Assembly: GCA_028534125.1 (NCBI GenBank)
Contig: CM052817.1
Span: 61,010,001 to 61,074,000, forward strand
Direction: 5' to 3'
DNA: 64,000 nucleotides
From: Lama glama
Taxonomy: Eukaryota
Part shown: piece by piece, positions 11,510 to 25,172 of the stretch
Position numbering within the stretch: the first letter of the stretch is position 1
How the letters are laid out: each line of letters opens with the position of its first letter
Notes under the pieces: model-generated
Told to the model about the DNA's origin: nothing
Seen by the model: the letters and a program-made list of their open reading frames with translations, nothing else
Database searches by the model: none
Translations under genes and position numbers: made by a program

Positions 11510-14085
11510 CTAAAATCAGGAATTAAAGAAGGAGTAACTCCTAGCCTTTCAGAAATAAAAAATATTTTTGAGAGTACTGTGAAAAACTGTATGCTAATGA
11601 ATTAGATAACTTAGATGAAGAAGACAAATTCTTAGAAGGACAAACTATGAAAATTGACTCAAAAAAAAGTATGAAATCTGAAATACCTATATTCAGAGAT
11701 TGAATAAGTAATTTTAAAACTTCCTATATAGAAAAGCCCAGGCTGAGATAGCTTCACTGGTGAATTCTACCAATATTTAAAGAATTAACACCAAGCCTTC
11801 ACAAGTCTTCCAAAACACAGAAGAGGAGGAAATACTTCCTAACTCATTCTATGATGCCAGTATTACCCTGATACCAAAACCAGATCCAAGAATCGGACTA
11901 ATATCTGTTGTGAATATAGATGCAAAAATCCTGAATAAAAAAACTTGAAAACTGAATCCAGAACATATAAGAAATGTTCCACAACACGACCAAGTGGATT
12001 TATCTTAGGAATGCAAAGTTAGCTTAAAATACAGAAGTCAATCAATGTAGTATACCGTAATACTAGAGTCAAGAACAAGAACCACATGATCATCTTTATA
12101 GGTGGAGCAAATATGCTTGACAAAATCCAAGATCCATTCATGATAAAAAACTCTCAGAAAACTAAGAATAGAAATGAAATTTCTCAACCTAGTAAAAAGC
12201 ATCTATGAAAAACCTGTAGCTAACATCACACTTACCGGTAAAAGACTAGAATACTTTTCCCTAAGATCAGGTAAAAGACAAGGATGGTTGTTCTAATCAC
12301 TTCTATTCAACATTTAACTGGAGGTTCTATCCAAGGCAATTAGGCAGGAAAAACAAATAAAAGTCATCCAGGTTGAAAAGGAATAAGTAAAACTGTATCT
12401 GCTTGACATCATCCAGTACATAGAAAATTCTAAGAAAGCCATTAAAAATAAACAAACAAAACTCTTAGAACCATTATATGAGTTCAGAAAGACTGCAAAA
12501 TACAAGAACAACATGCAAAAATCAACTGTGTGTCTACACACTAGCAATGAACAGCCAGAAAATGGACTTAAGAAAACAATCTCATGTATAAAAGCATCAA
12601 AAGAATCATATACATAGAAATAAATTTAACAAAGAAGTGCAAAACTTATACTCTGAAAACTACAAAGCACTGGGGAAAAAAATCACAGATCTAAATAATT
12701 GGAAAAACATCCCATGTTTATAGATGGGAAAACCTAACATTGTTAAGATGGCAGTACTTCCCATAATGATCCACAGATTCAATAAAATCCCAACTGACTT
12801 TTTTGTAGAAATTGACAAGCTGATTTTAAAATTCATATGAAATTGTAAGGGACACAGTATAGCTAAAACAGTCTTGAAAAAGGACAAAGTAGGAGGATTC
12901 ACTCTTTCTGATTTCAAACTTAGTATAAAGCAACAGTAATCAAAATGGTGTGGTTTTAACCCAATGATAAGCATATAGATCAGTGGAATAAAATCAAGAG
13001 TCCAGAAATAAACTCATACATCTATTGTCAACTGATTTCAACAAGGGTGCCAAGACCATCCAATGGGCAAAGAATAGTCTTTTTGACAAGCAGTGCTGAA
13101 ACAACTAGATAGCCATATGCAAAAGAATAAAACTATACCTTTACCTCACATCATATACAAAAACTAACTAAAATTTGTCAAAAACCTAAATATAAGAGCC
13201 AAAACACTTAGAAGAAAACAAAGAGGTAAATCTTTATGACTTTGGATTCGGCAAAGAATTCTTAAATACAACACCAAAAGTACAAGCAACTAAGTTAAAA
13301 ATAGATAAAGTGGATATCATCAAAATTAAAAACTTTTGTGTTTCAAAGGATATCACCAAGAAAGTGAAAAGACAACCAATGGAATGGGAAAAAATATTTG
13401 TAAATCATATATCTGATAAGGGACTTTTATCTAGAATATAAAGAACTCTTATAATTCAATAATAAAAAGACATTTTAAATGGACAATGGATTTGAATAGA
13501 CATTTCTTCAAGGAAAATACACAAATATCTGATGGGCACACAAGAAGATGCTCAACATCATTAGCCATCAGGGAAATGCAAATCAAAACCACAATGGGAT
13601 ACTACTTCCCACCTACTAGGATGGCTAGAATCAAAAAGTCCAATAATAACTAGTGTTGATGAAGAATGAAAAAGTCAAAACCCTTATACCCAACTTACGG
13701 GAATGTGAAATGGTGCAGCTGCTTTGGAAAACAGTCTGGCAGTTCCTCAAATGATTAAACATAGAGTTACTATATGACCAGTGATTTTACTTCTAACTGT
13801 ATACACAAGAAAATGAAAACATATGTTCACACAGAACCTTATATATGAGGGGCACAGTAGCATTTTTCATAGTAGTCAAAAGGTGAAAACAACCAAAATA
13901 TCTGTGGACTGATGAATGAATGAACAAAATGTGGCATATCCAAGCAATGGAATATTATTTGGCCACCAAAAGGATTGAAATACTGATACTTGCTAGAACA
14001 TAAATAAACCTTGAAAATATTATGCCAAGTGAAAGAAGTCAGTTATAGGACACTGTATATTATTTGATTCCATTCATATGAATGG
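11510..14085 (+). mobile_element. 5'-truncated L1 (ORF2 RT and C-terminal region plus 3' UTR, L1MB-like), decayed
   Basis: Continuous ORF2 homology: TCATTCTATGATGCCAGTATTACCCTGATACCAAAACCAG ([13 protein letters not shown]), AATATAGATGCAAAAATCCTG, GGAAATGCAAATCAAAACCACAATG. Many stops and indels. Confidence 0.95.
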
Positions 14086-14099
14086 CTAATTTATGTTTT

Positions 14100-14330
14100 G
14101 ATATATGTTGCCTAATTTCCCTCCATATTGTTTGTGGTAACTTATATATCCAGCCACAGACCTATTTCCCTGCCTCTTGCAAAATCTGGGCATAATATTT
14201 TAATTTTTGCCAGTGTGGTGGACAAAAGGTGACATTAACATTGTTTCCATTGCACATTTTTATTCCTTAGTGAGGTAGCATATATTTCCCTGTGTCTATT
14301 TTCTCAGATGTAAAAGAGCTATTCCCGTTG
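14100..14330 (-). mobile_element. Old L1 (L1ME-like) fragment
   Basis: TTTTAATTTTTGCCAGTGTGGTGG...TTGCACATTTTTATTCCTTAGTGAGG is the reverse complement of L1 ORF2 C-terminal sequence. Confidence 0.55.
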
Positions 14331-14693
14331 TTCATCCACTTTGCTATTAGAATTCTTCGGCCAAAAGTTTTTAGCTGCAAGTAACAAAAATGTTTCTGAG
14401 ACCCAGATTAAATATGGAAAAGAATTTATAAGAAAGATTCCATTTGGCTCATGGGCCCTGAGGGCAGGGAAGGCATCCTGGTCTCCTGGATCTTGGACAA
14501 GTATCTCCATCCATATTTGACATCTACCTTCTTTCCACTTTTACCCAAAGATCATTCATAATAGTTCTGCAGTCTGAGAAAAAGTCTGTTCAGGCCAGCA
14601 GAGTCAGATGCATTCAGAACATAATGTTTCTTTATGACAGCCTCTTGATCTAACATGGCTTTATTTCTTCTATTTCCACCCTCTCTCTTAATG

Positions 14694-14980
14694 AGATAAA
14701 AATACAAAATAGAAAATAAAAAAGAGCTATAAAACTGTAAAGCTGGATGGAATTTTAAAGATCATGTAGGCAGATATAAATATAAAATAGGAGGTAAACA
14801 GAATTATAAAATTGTAGAGCTGGATGAAATTTAAAGATCAGGTAGCCCATTCCCCAGATTCCCATGACAAAGAAATTTAGGCTTAAAGGGCTAAGTAACA
14901 GGCTAAAGCTTTAATTCCAACTATGGGACCAGATCCACGCCCTCAGTTCCTCTGCTTTTTAAGTCCTGTGCTCTTTTCCA
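14694..14980 (-). mobile_element. MIR-family SINE with a tandemly duplicated end
   Basis: Two copies of about 77 bp (TATAAAA[C/T]TGTA[A/G]AGCTGGATG..TTTAAAGATCA.GTAG) followed by a reverse MIR core (GAAATTTAGGCTTAAAGGGCTAAGTAAC). Confidence 0.55.
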
Positions 14981-17044
14981 AATGTCCTAAGACTTCTGAT
15001 TACATGTATGTCAACCTATTCAGATTTCTTATTTAATAGGTTGTAATCAATAAAAATGACACAACTATCTGAATATACATAACTCTTCATTATATAGAAT
15101 CATATGCTTAATCTCATTTTATTTATATCAATGAGTATATTCCTGTATAACAATGAAACTTAGAGCTTACTTACTAGCCCAAGATACCAATATTAAAAAA
15201 ATCATTTCTGGAAGACTGAGTTTTTGTGTTTCTTAATTTAATTACAAAATTACAATCATTCAGTGATTTTTATAGCTGGAATGAAAATTCATCATACAAT
15301 TATTTAATTGAAATAATATAATAAAATTCCTTGAGTGACCTATCACATAAATCAATTGTCTCAATTAATCAGGTTTGTGTCATCCCACAATTTTTTGCGT
15401 GTACTTGTTACTAGCTCTGCTCGCCGTATGGAGTGCCTAAAACTTGCTGCAGGATACGACATGGAGAGCATCTGTAGTTTGCTGGCATAAAACATACCCA
15501 GTGATTTGAGTTCTTAAATTTCAGCAGTTAAATCTCACAGCAACAAAGATTATTTTCTTCTGAAAAAATTTTCATACTCTGATAATAGTTTTGTGACATG
15601 CATAGTTAAATAAAATAACAAGTTAACTTCACAATTGTAATTGATGTATTTTCAATTCGGGGAAAGCCACTCTCACCAAGATAAGATTATACCATTTTGA
15701 TTAAAGAAATATACGGATATATCACAATATGTTTATTAAAACAAAGGACACATTCTAATGGATTTAGATTTAAATTGCTTACTTGGATAAAAGATGAGCA
15801 CTTAAGATTTCCTTAGGCCATCTTTTTACCAGTACATCTTGTGGTTGCCATAGAAAAGTCATCAAAATTGACTCACATGTCTTAAAATTTAACGGAGATC
15901 TACACTGAACACTCTTACTGTTGAGTACATATTACCCTTCCACGGTGTGTTTCAGCAGGCAACTAAGCCCTGGGGTTTATGCAGACGCTGATTTGTATTT
16001 TGTATTACCTGTATTTTCTGTCACCTAAGTAAAAAGTTGTATTTTCATAAAATATCACTTGTGTATAATTCATGAGGTTTTACCATAGCTTCTCTACACT
16101 TCGAGCGTTAGACTGCAGGTTTGAGCCTCTGACTTAAATATAAACTTGGGATGTATGTAGTCATTTTTTAAAAAAACCACTAGGAAATTAGGCTTTTCCT
16201 AGCTTCTTTCACAAAATAGTTTTGGGGGAACTTCTCTGAGAGTGTGTTGATTTTCTGGCTATCCAAAATTGGACTTGTTCCCAGTAAGTTCCTAGACCTT
16301 TACCTGATGGCCTTAGGATACCTAACCTTGGTTTAGTTGCCCATGGACTAGGGTCAGAAAAGCAGCAAGGGGTTGAAAACCCTGGTAGTTCAGCTTGATG
16401 TTCTGTCATTATGGAAGTTCTCTGACCTGCTTCGTGGCAGTAGTCCAATCCTTCATGTAATCGCTTTAAATGTGTACATTTTTAACACATGTATCACTAA
16501 GCGTCTGATCTTTGAGGGCTAAACTGAAGCAAGGTAGGGTCAGGATAGTTCACTGTTACAGTGTGCTGACATCTTTATTGGACTGGCTAAGTGATTTCAT
16601 GCCCCAGCTTATGAGATCTGTACTAAGGCAAGGAAGCTATTCATATATCATACACATACACAAGACATATATTCTGTTTTTTGAAAGCACCACAAACAAA
16701 TTTAAAACATAAGTTAGAAGATACTAGTTGTCTTTCTCTTCATTGAGCATAAATGTGCAAGCCTATAATTGAAAAAGAATTCATTACAACAGTGCCACAA
16801 ATTCACATTACAGAAAAATATTTAAATGCCTGTTTTAAAAGTGAAAAAATAATAATACCCAGTCAGATGCCTTTACCATTTCTAAATTTTGAGGACCATG
16901 GATATGAAAAATGAAGTAGAAGAGATAAAGTAGATTTTCCAAGGGAGGAATTAAAATTTATACTTTTAAGATATATTTTTCATGAATCAGGACACAAAAT
17001 TTTTGCATTTGACTACTTAAAAATGTTTTCTAACTTTTTTCTTT

Positions 17045-17158
17045 ATATATATATATATATAAAATACATATATATATATATATGTATTTTTTCTATATAT
17101 ATATATATATGTATTTTTATTGAAGTATAGTCAATTTAAAATGTGTCAACTTCTGGTG
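17045..17158 (-). mobile_element. Extremely truncated L1 3' terminus with a (TA)n tail
   Basis: TTTTTATTGAAGTATAGTCAATTTAAAATGTGTCAACTTCTGGTG is the reverse complement of the L1 end seen at 28681-28712 and 37750-37795. CTAACTTT flanks both sides (17030, 17159). Confidence 0.75.
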
Positions 17159-17934
17159 CTAACTTTGCTTCCCTGCCATGCTTTTTTCACTGGAGATTTA
17201 AATCTAACCATAGTTTATTTTTTCCCCACATAAACAGATATTTTAGGGCAAAGACTATGCTGTGCTATGATCAGAAAATGAAATAAATAGCCTAAATCTG
17301 GTACACTCTCTGCTACAGTATCAGATATGACATTTTTATTCATAAAATAAATTTGTAGAGATTTACTGGTTTGGAAACCTACCTCAAATGGCTGGAAGAT
17401 GAAAGTGCTATTCAAATGTTTCTGTGAGTGTTTCAGGCCTTGCCACACCTGAAAGAAGAGGGGGGATTTTTGGAAAAGGGGATTCTCCATGTGTAGGTAA
17501 AAAATCAGTGGAATATATGACTCACTAACTAGCAAATTGTTCGCAACTTATTCACAGGAATTTCCAGGCAAAGAATCTTGTAGAATTGCCCAGGAGACTC
17601 CTGAGGAAATAATAAGTACTATTTCCACATTTCTTTATAAGATGGACTTAGTGATCTCCAGCTGAGAAGAGTATTTGTCTCCTGTAGTAACCATTCCAAT
17701 GTACCAATTTACTTTTGTGATCTCTTTTCCACTGTCTAATTAATGGCCTGTGAGCAACAAAGGAAAAAAGTATATAAAATATAGAAGCCTTGATTTTTCT
17801 ATTCAAATATGTATATTAAAATGATTCAAATCCTTAAGGTGATGTAAACTCTTAAAACTGTAATCAGTTATTTCACCATCGTCAATGTCCATCACCCAGA
17901 TTACCTGTTGTTTATCTCTTTATCGCCTTCTGGG

Positions 17935-18145
17935 CCAGGAATCCTTCTCAGTGCTTTACAAACACTAATTGACTTAATCCTCAGAAAAACTCCATAAAGC
18001 CTGTTTTTATCCCCATTTTACAGATGGATAAACTGAAGCACAACAAGGTAAAGTAACCTTCTCAAAATACCCAGCAAGTAATGGCAGAGCCTGATATTAT
18101 TCAGGCCATCTGGCTTCAGAGTCTGTGCTCTGAACCCTCTTCTAT
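17935..18145 (-). mobile_element. MIR SINE
   Basis: TTTATCCCCATTTTACAGATGGATAAACTGAAGCACAACAAGGTAAAGTAACCTT...CTGGCTTCAGAGTCTGTGCTCTGAACC. Confidence 0.85.
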
Positions 18146-21100
18146 GTGCCCTTTGTTTCTCTACCTTTCCTCTTCTGCTCTTCCCTGCATCTGAGAACAT
18201 CAAATTTGCTTATGAACAAGTGAGAATTTCTTTGTCAGAGGATAAAAAAAAATAGGGGAGGGGAGGGCACAAGATTGAAAGTCTGATAGAGCCAGGCATG
18301 CATGCAAGGACTCAATGCTAAAAATGAAATCCCACTTGGGACATCTACAACCACAGCCTAATGCTAATGTTTACTGGAGGTAATAAATATGTGCTATAAT
18401 TTCACACCTACAAGAAGTGAAGAAATCAGCATGCCTGTGGAAATAAATGTGGTTCATAGGATGGTGTATGGACAAATAGAAGACAAAGTGCTTGGATTAT
18501 ACCACGGGAATGTGGGAAAGTTGCAGACTCTTTTGCCATGATGCCCATTGCCCTAAATTTAAGACCAGAGGTAAGCATAAAATAGATTTAATGCAGTAAC
18601 CATAAAATTAAGATAAAAATACCAACCCATATCTCAGAGATATTGTTATAGTAACTAATAAAATGACTATAAGCAAGGGAAAGAAGTTCTCTAGTAAATT
18701 GAAAAATAGATGTCTCTTGATAATAACAAAATTAAAGTCTTCTCATTTAATGAGGAAGGAACCAATGCAAAAAAATTTAATATACAGCTGTCACTTTATT
18801 GGCTGTTTTATCTCCACATGCATCTCAAATGACATGAAGAATATTCATAAATGGACTAAAGTTACACAAACAGAGCCATAAGTTCATGAACTAAGACGAA
18901 TAGGGTTTGTGATTACAGCAAATGAAATTTTGCGCCTTAATCCAAAAGAAGAAATTCTTGGTAAAACCTATGGCAGTCACTGGTCTAAATGAGCCCAATA
19001 GACCTGAAAAAGTATATGCATCTCCAGAAATATTTACTGCAAGGGAGTGGCATAGGAATGAGTGTCTGAAGCCCACCAAGGGTCTTCTACTACCTACTAC
19101 AATAGTTTTAAAACCTTGCATCCTTGTCAGATAGAATCGGCAATTTACTACTTTGGAGATCCATTAAACCTGAGAGTCACACATGGCATTTAGATGCTTG
19201 TGTAAAAGATATAAATTGATTAGCAACATGACAACAGGGAAAGTGTCCTCTGCAACTGATTCGTGGAAGCTCTTTGAGGAACAGGTCTTTCTGATTTTTC
19301 AGTTAAAACCTAAAGTCAATTGGGACAAAAGCATTTAATCTAAGAGTTATTGATCCTTCTTGAGTGAGTATTATTTCTATATTCCAAAGTCTAGCACAGC
19401 TGACTTTGTTAAGAAATAATAATAATAATTTAATTTGCAAGTTTCATATAAATAGTTACGTGAGCTGAAGCTGATGGTAGCAAAAGAAAACCCATTCTTT
19501 ACATATTCTAGGGTTTCCTTTTTGAGAATGACATCTTTTACCTTTTTTTGACCTTTTATTCCTGGTTTAAACAAAGGAGTAAGGATTTTCTATGGTGCAT
19601 TGCAGATTTCTTTCAATCACACTTCTGCTTTAAATGTTCTTAACTAGAGATTTTAAAATCAGAAAGTTAGGTAGCAGTCTTGACAAATTTAATTATTCAA
19701 TTCAAGTATTTATTAATCACTTATTACGTATAGGGTACACAGATGCTATGGGATACAGAGAAGATAGAATAGTTTGTGAGGTTTCAAATTTAATAAGAGA
19801 TGAATCAAATCAAGTTAAGTAATTATGCAGTACGTGTATATTAAAATACCACTGGACAGACTGAGAGATTCCAACTGCAAGCGATACGTCTGTGCATTCA
19901 AGTTCAAGAATCACTTTTCTAAAAACTGAAATATGATCCTTTCAGACTGTATCAGATCACTGATGTTGTTTTCTGATAGTTAAAACATTTGCCCAAAATG
20001 AGTAAGGATTTATTGCCATTAATAAGGTGTTTTTTCCTCAGTGGTAAAATTTTTCCCAAGATAGAATTTCTAATAGGTTTGATGGGAACACAAGCCAGAG
20101 TAGAATTAAATATTATATCCATAGATAATCTTCATGCCAGTGGTATCTGATTCAGTGTCAGATAAATGGTTCAATAAGAATTTAGTGAAGAAAGATGACT
20201 GTATGAATGTGAGATGGGAAGAAATCATGATGGATATGTACCATAAAGACTGATTTAGCAGAAGGTAAAAGAGAGGCCACTGCAGGTGGGAAAGAGTGTG
20301 GGCAAAGACTTGAAGATAGAATTGCTCAAGGAATATAGGTGTAAGTATACCACGGGATGGGGGTTGGGGGAGGGAGTAATTAAGAATTAGAATTCTACAT
20401 CTGAGAAGCAGAAAGATATTAACAACAAATCTATCCACATCCACACACATATAGACAGACACACACACATATACACTTAGGTATATATGTATGATGTCTT
20501 CATTTATTTATGTCTATAATGAAGAAACTGGACTAAATCACTGATTGGCCAATACATGAGGAACACGTACGTTGCCTGTTAAAATGACAGATTTCTAGGC
20601 CCCACCTCCTAAGTCATGACGGCTGGGCCTAGAGCCTGGGCTCCTCAGTTGTGTGAGCTCTTTCCCAATTCTGTTGCTCTAGCATACTTGGTAACTGGAA
20701 CTTAATGAACTCTTCTAGCTTTAATATTTAAGACTCAATGCTTAGGAAACCCAAGAGCAGAATTCTTGAACTGGGCATTTAACACAATTTTGATGAGATT
20801 AAAAAAAGGCAGTTGAAGCAAGTTTATCAAAAAAAACAAACAAACAAGCTAAAGAGGTGACACACATTCTGAATACTATAGAAAGCCAAAATCTGTTAGA
20901 GATTTTCTCATTCTTAACACACATTTTTAATATAAATATATAAATTCAGGCTGACTACTTTTTAAGATACAAAGAGAAAGAACATACTAAACAATTATGT
21001 TGCTTGCTTATTTTGGATATTATTGGAATGAATTAATACTATTGGTTCAACCTGCATTTATATATATATATATATATAATATAAATGATATTTTGTTATC

Positions 21101-21339
21101 TGCCACCTGAATTTTTTAAATTATATTTCAGTACTTTGGGTTGTACTTTTTTGAAGCCACTCAGCATGTATCTTCTACATAATACTGTATATGCATAATT
21201 CTTAAGAGACTTTTTAAGAGAAAATAAATATAACAACTATATTGAGTGCTTTATAAACCATATTTTCCAAAGCTAGACAAGATTTTGTCAGTGAAAATGT
21301 GATTTAATTGAGTGCTGCCTTCAAATGGCATTCTCTACT

Positions 21340-21720
21340 GGATGTCATGGAGATATGCAAATGAAGTTAAAGACATTGTCCTCATTCTCAGAGAATTTAC
21401 AATATAATAGGGGAACAAGATGCAGATGAAAAGATATAATAACACATGCAAAGACGACATGAAAACAGGTACAAATTAATGTAACACAAAACATCAGCGC
21501 TAAGAGAAATGGAATAATGGAATGATCAGTGTGTGTACAACTATTCAAGTGGTCTTGATGAAGAAATTTTATTTTAAATGGATGTTTGATAGAGGCACAA
21601 AAATGGATCAAGAGACAAATAGTGGAAAGGATACTCTATTCAGAAAGCATGGCAAGACCTCTGGAGAACAAAGGGGTAGAAGAAAGAGCAAGTAACTCAA
21701 TATGATTGCTAAAAGATAGA
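21340..21720 (-). mobile_element. LINE-2 fragment
   Basis: AAGACATTGTCCTCATTCTCAGAGAATTTACAATATAATAGGGGAACAAGA resembles the reverse L2 3' region. Confidence 0.55.
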
Positions 21721-22269
21721 AAACTTGTGCCCAAATAATAAAAATATGATATAACTCCATTTGATTCTGTTGACAGTGAACACTTATTCATCAAATCATA
21801 TTTTTCATTTTATGTAGTATTCTGTGGAGCTTTAGTATTTCAACATTCACTGAAAACCAGTGGCTAAAGAATACTGAAATATTGGTAAAGTTTAAAAAAA
21901 ACAGGAGAGAGATGGAGTTTGACCTAACATGAACACTTCTAAAAGTTTATCCATAATATCTTAAAAATATAACTGCAACACTCTTGCTCTTACAGATGGG
22001 TCAGCCTTGCAACGATCAGTTCTAAAAGCACAGACAGCGGTTTTAAGTTAAAAAGAGTATTCCGAGAAAAATTTTGGAAATCTAATGCAAAGTATGGATA
22101 TATTCATTCTATAGTTAATCTTTTATTATAAAAATTCAGGTTCATAATTTAAAAATAAAATAGCATTGGAGACAGTTGAAGATTTAGAAATCTCACAGGC
22201 ACATATATGCCATGCTCCCCCTTTCTAATATATTTGTAATCGCTTGGTTAAATCAGTAGTCAGAGTTTA

Positions 22270-22985
22270 TAGTATTCTGACTATGTAAATATTATATGCT
22301 GTCAAGTATCCTACAATTTCATTGATGTTTTTCATAGTATTACTTTCCCTAGTTAATACTTCACTTTTTTTATGTGCCTGTCTCTAATTTTCCCCAAGGA
22401 TTTGAACAGACCTAGTAAAATTTTTTCCAAATGTTTTCATACTTCATACAGTCTATCCCAGTGATGTCAGTTGGGCGCCTCCATTCTCCTACTCCAGTGC
22501 AGACTGGCGGCTCTCCTCATCTAGTACACAGCCATCATTCTATAATTCTCTCCACAGTGTCACAATGTCTTCCTCTCTTTTCAGGACTCCACCTGTTCCT
22601 TTTTCTTGATGTACTCCTTCATTTCAGCAGAACATATCCTCCAAGCAATTCCTTCAAGGGGCAGGGGAAAGATGAAAGGGAGGTCACTTTTCGAGACCTT
22701 GAGAGTTTAAAAATTATCTTTATTCTCACACTCAGTGGAGTGTGAACTATTTTTTCTTCAGTTATAATGGACATGGTATGGGTCTATTTTCCTTATACTT
22801 TGGTTTTGCTCTTGAGGTGTTTAATGTCATTCTTATTCCTGATCTTTTATTCTTTTACCATCAGGAGGACTTTAGGATTATTTTGAATAGGATCTTTATT
22901 CCTATTCTGAAAGTTTATGATGATATGCAATTACACGGGTTTTCATTACATTAGGCACCTTTCATGGGAAGATATTTTCTCTAGG
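22270..22985 (-). mobile_element. HAL1 (half-L1) fragment
   Basis: GTACTCCTTCATTTCAGCAGAACATATCCTCCAAGCAATTCCTT...GGGAGGTCACTTTTCGAGACCTTG...TCTTTATTCT resembles reverse HAL1 sequence. Confidence 0.6.
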
Positions 22986-23019
22986 GTCATTCAGAATTTC
23001 CTATACACATTACTTTAGA

Positions 23020-23240
23020 AATTTTAGGAATAAAGGAAGTGACTAAGTATCCCACAATTATGGTGGGAGATTTAAATAGCACTCCTTCAGAAATCGACTG
23101 AACTAAAAAAAATTGATGGTTTTAACAAGATAATTATTAAGTTTAATCTAATGTACATACAGTATTTTTTCACTCATGAAACACCTGCAAAGATTTTCCA
23201 TGTGCTAGACTAGAAAATTTAAACCAACTAAAATCATGTT
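23020..23240 (+). mobile_element. Old L1 ORF2 endonuclease fragment
   Basis: ACAATTATGGTGGGAGATTTAAATAGCACTCCTTCAGAAATCGAC translates as TIMVGDLNSTPSEID, the EN GDFN motif region. Confidence 0.6.
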
Positions 23241-24790
23241 TCATTAGTTTAAGAAAATTGAGTTTAATATTTATTTCCTTTTGATTAAATAATCATAATA
23301 ACAATTTTCAGTGTTGAAAATTTGGAAAATAAAGTATAAAGGTGATGAATCACTTACAAACCATTACAACTTCCTAAAATGTACAGATAAATATTAATGC
23401 ATTCCCTCCTCTAAATTAGAATCCTACTCTAAGTTGGCAGTTCTCTTAGTGATGTTTCCTGTCATTAAGTATTCTTTGAAATATTCTTTGAAACCATCAT
23501 ATGTGTGCATGGAAGCATATATTAACTATTGTTTTTTGTAGACATTAAAATATTTCTAATTTTTGTATTTTACAAATAAACAACAAACATAATCATAAAA
23601 AAGGAAGTCTCAGTAAAGTCAAAATCTAGTACAATTAGAAGTAAAAACAAAAGGTAACCTTCCAGCCCCCTACCAGTGCCCCCTCCTCACACACACACAC
23701 CAAAAAATGACCATTTACATCTGGAAATTTTAAAAGTTCAGACACTAAATTAAAATGAAAATCTATAATATAGTTACAGCCAAATTAGTATCAAGGCACT
23801 TCATATCTAATCTATTGGTAGAAACTTCAAAGATAGCAACATAATTTTGTCATTTCCTTCTCTTATAAATTGCTCAAAAGTAACAAGGAGGATGTGGAGG
23901 AGAAAACCCATTTTTATGATCCCAACAGGCAGTAGAAACCCCAAACTGTAAAACTGATAGAGAGGCTGCCAAAGGAAAGGCAGTGACAATGTAGGAACAG
24001 AGGGGCAGCAGACAAGAGGAGCTGTGCGGTGCCCTCAGAGGGGCTGGTCCCAAACAACACTCTCCGAGCTGGACTGCTTCCTCCAAGGTCCAAAATCAGA
24101 TTCCTTTTTGGTAATAGTTGGAAAAGAGAGTCGAGGCTCATCACAAGGAGCCTCCCTGGACCTAATTTAGTCCCGGGAGCAGAGAGATACGGCTGAGTGA
24201 GGAATCAGTTACATAGGGCAAATTTACAGATTGGAGTCTGCATAAACTTCCATTCCCTCCCCGTAAGCTGGCTAGGAAGGAAATGGCTACAAGAATGCAA
24301 ATTCACAACCTCAGTTCATAATGAAAACTTCTTCTAGGCTGTAAATACAGCCCTATATTCTCCATACACAAATTTTCTACAAATAAAAAGCCAATAGAAA
24401 GCAGGTTCCAAAACAGACCACTACATTTGTTAAGATAATAAAGTGTGGGGATGGAAAGTGGAAGAGATAAGGGAAATAAAACAGCAGATGAAGCCAACCA
24501 AAAAGATTTTTAAAAGCCACAGATTAAATACTAATGTGACCCATCACTTTGCCATGAATTAAAATAGTAATAATAATAAAGCAGCTGGAAAAACAAAGCA
24601 CAGAGAAGAAATGCAAGAACTAGGAAAAAGAAGATAAAATAAAAGCTGACAGAATCCAGGAATAAAATGGAAGAATATCACAGAAACAAAGACAAAACTG
24701 GAAGCATCACTAAAGAGGACAGGCACTCCCAAAACCCAGGGGTATAGTGGACCAAGGAGAAAACTAAACTTAAAAAGTGAAAAGATGTAC

Positions 24791-24924
24791 AAAGAAGAAA
24801 AAGGAAGAAGAAGAGGAGGAAAGAGAAGAGAGAGAAGAAGGAAAAGGAGGGGAAAGAAAAGGAAGAGGAAGAGGAGGAGGAAGAGAGAACGTGGGAGGGA
24901 GACTAAGGCGGGGGGAGGAGAAGA
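24791..24924 (+). repeat. Purine-rich low-complexity (GAA/GAG/GGA) tract
   Basis: About 100 bp of uninterrupted A/G from 24791 to 24889, followed by a G-rich continuation. Confidence 0.9.
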
Positions 24925-25065
24925 TTATCTACTGATTGAAAAAGCACATCCTGTCCAGGGAGGGAAATTGCACAAAATTGTCAGACTGAGTCACACTGTA
25001 GTAAAATTACCAGACTTGAAACATTTATTTTGCAATCCCAGCGATAACATCAACTTACTTATAAA

Positions 25066-25172
25066 CAGGGTAACCATATAATGTAGCTTCCAACCTTTGA
25101 GAATAAAAGACAATGTTATTAAAAATTATGCCTGGACAATAGGCATAAATTGGGACTATCCCACAAAAGCCA
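25066..25172. mobile_element. MER94-like hAT-Blackjack MITE fragment
   Basis: AGGGTAACCATATAAT...TTTGAGAATAAAAG...TTATGCCTGGACAATAGGCATAAATTGGGACTATCCC. Confidence 0.6.

Noticed and set aside
16009..16024. Minus-strand micro-exon (ttacttag/GTGACAGAAAATACAG/gtaata)
   Set aside because: 16 nt is not frame-preserving, the pyrimidine tract is short and no partner exons are evident.
24785..25081. Lys/Arg-rich ORF
   Set aside because: It is the translation of a purine low-complexity tract plus LINE remnant.
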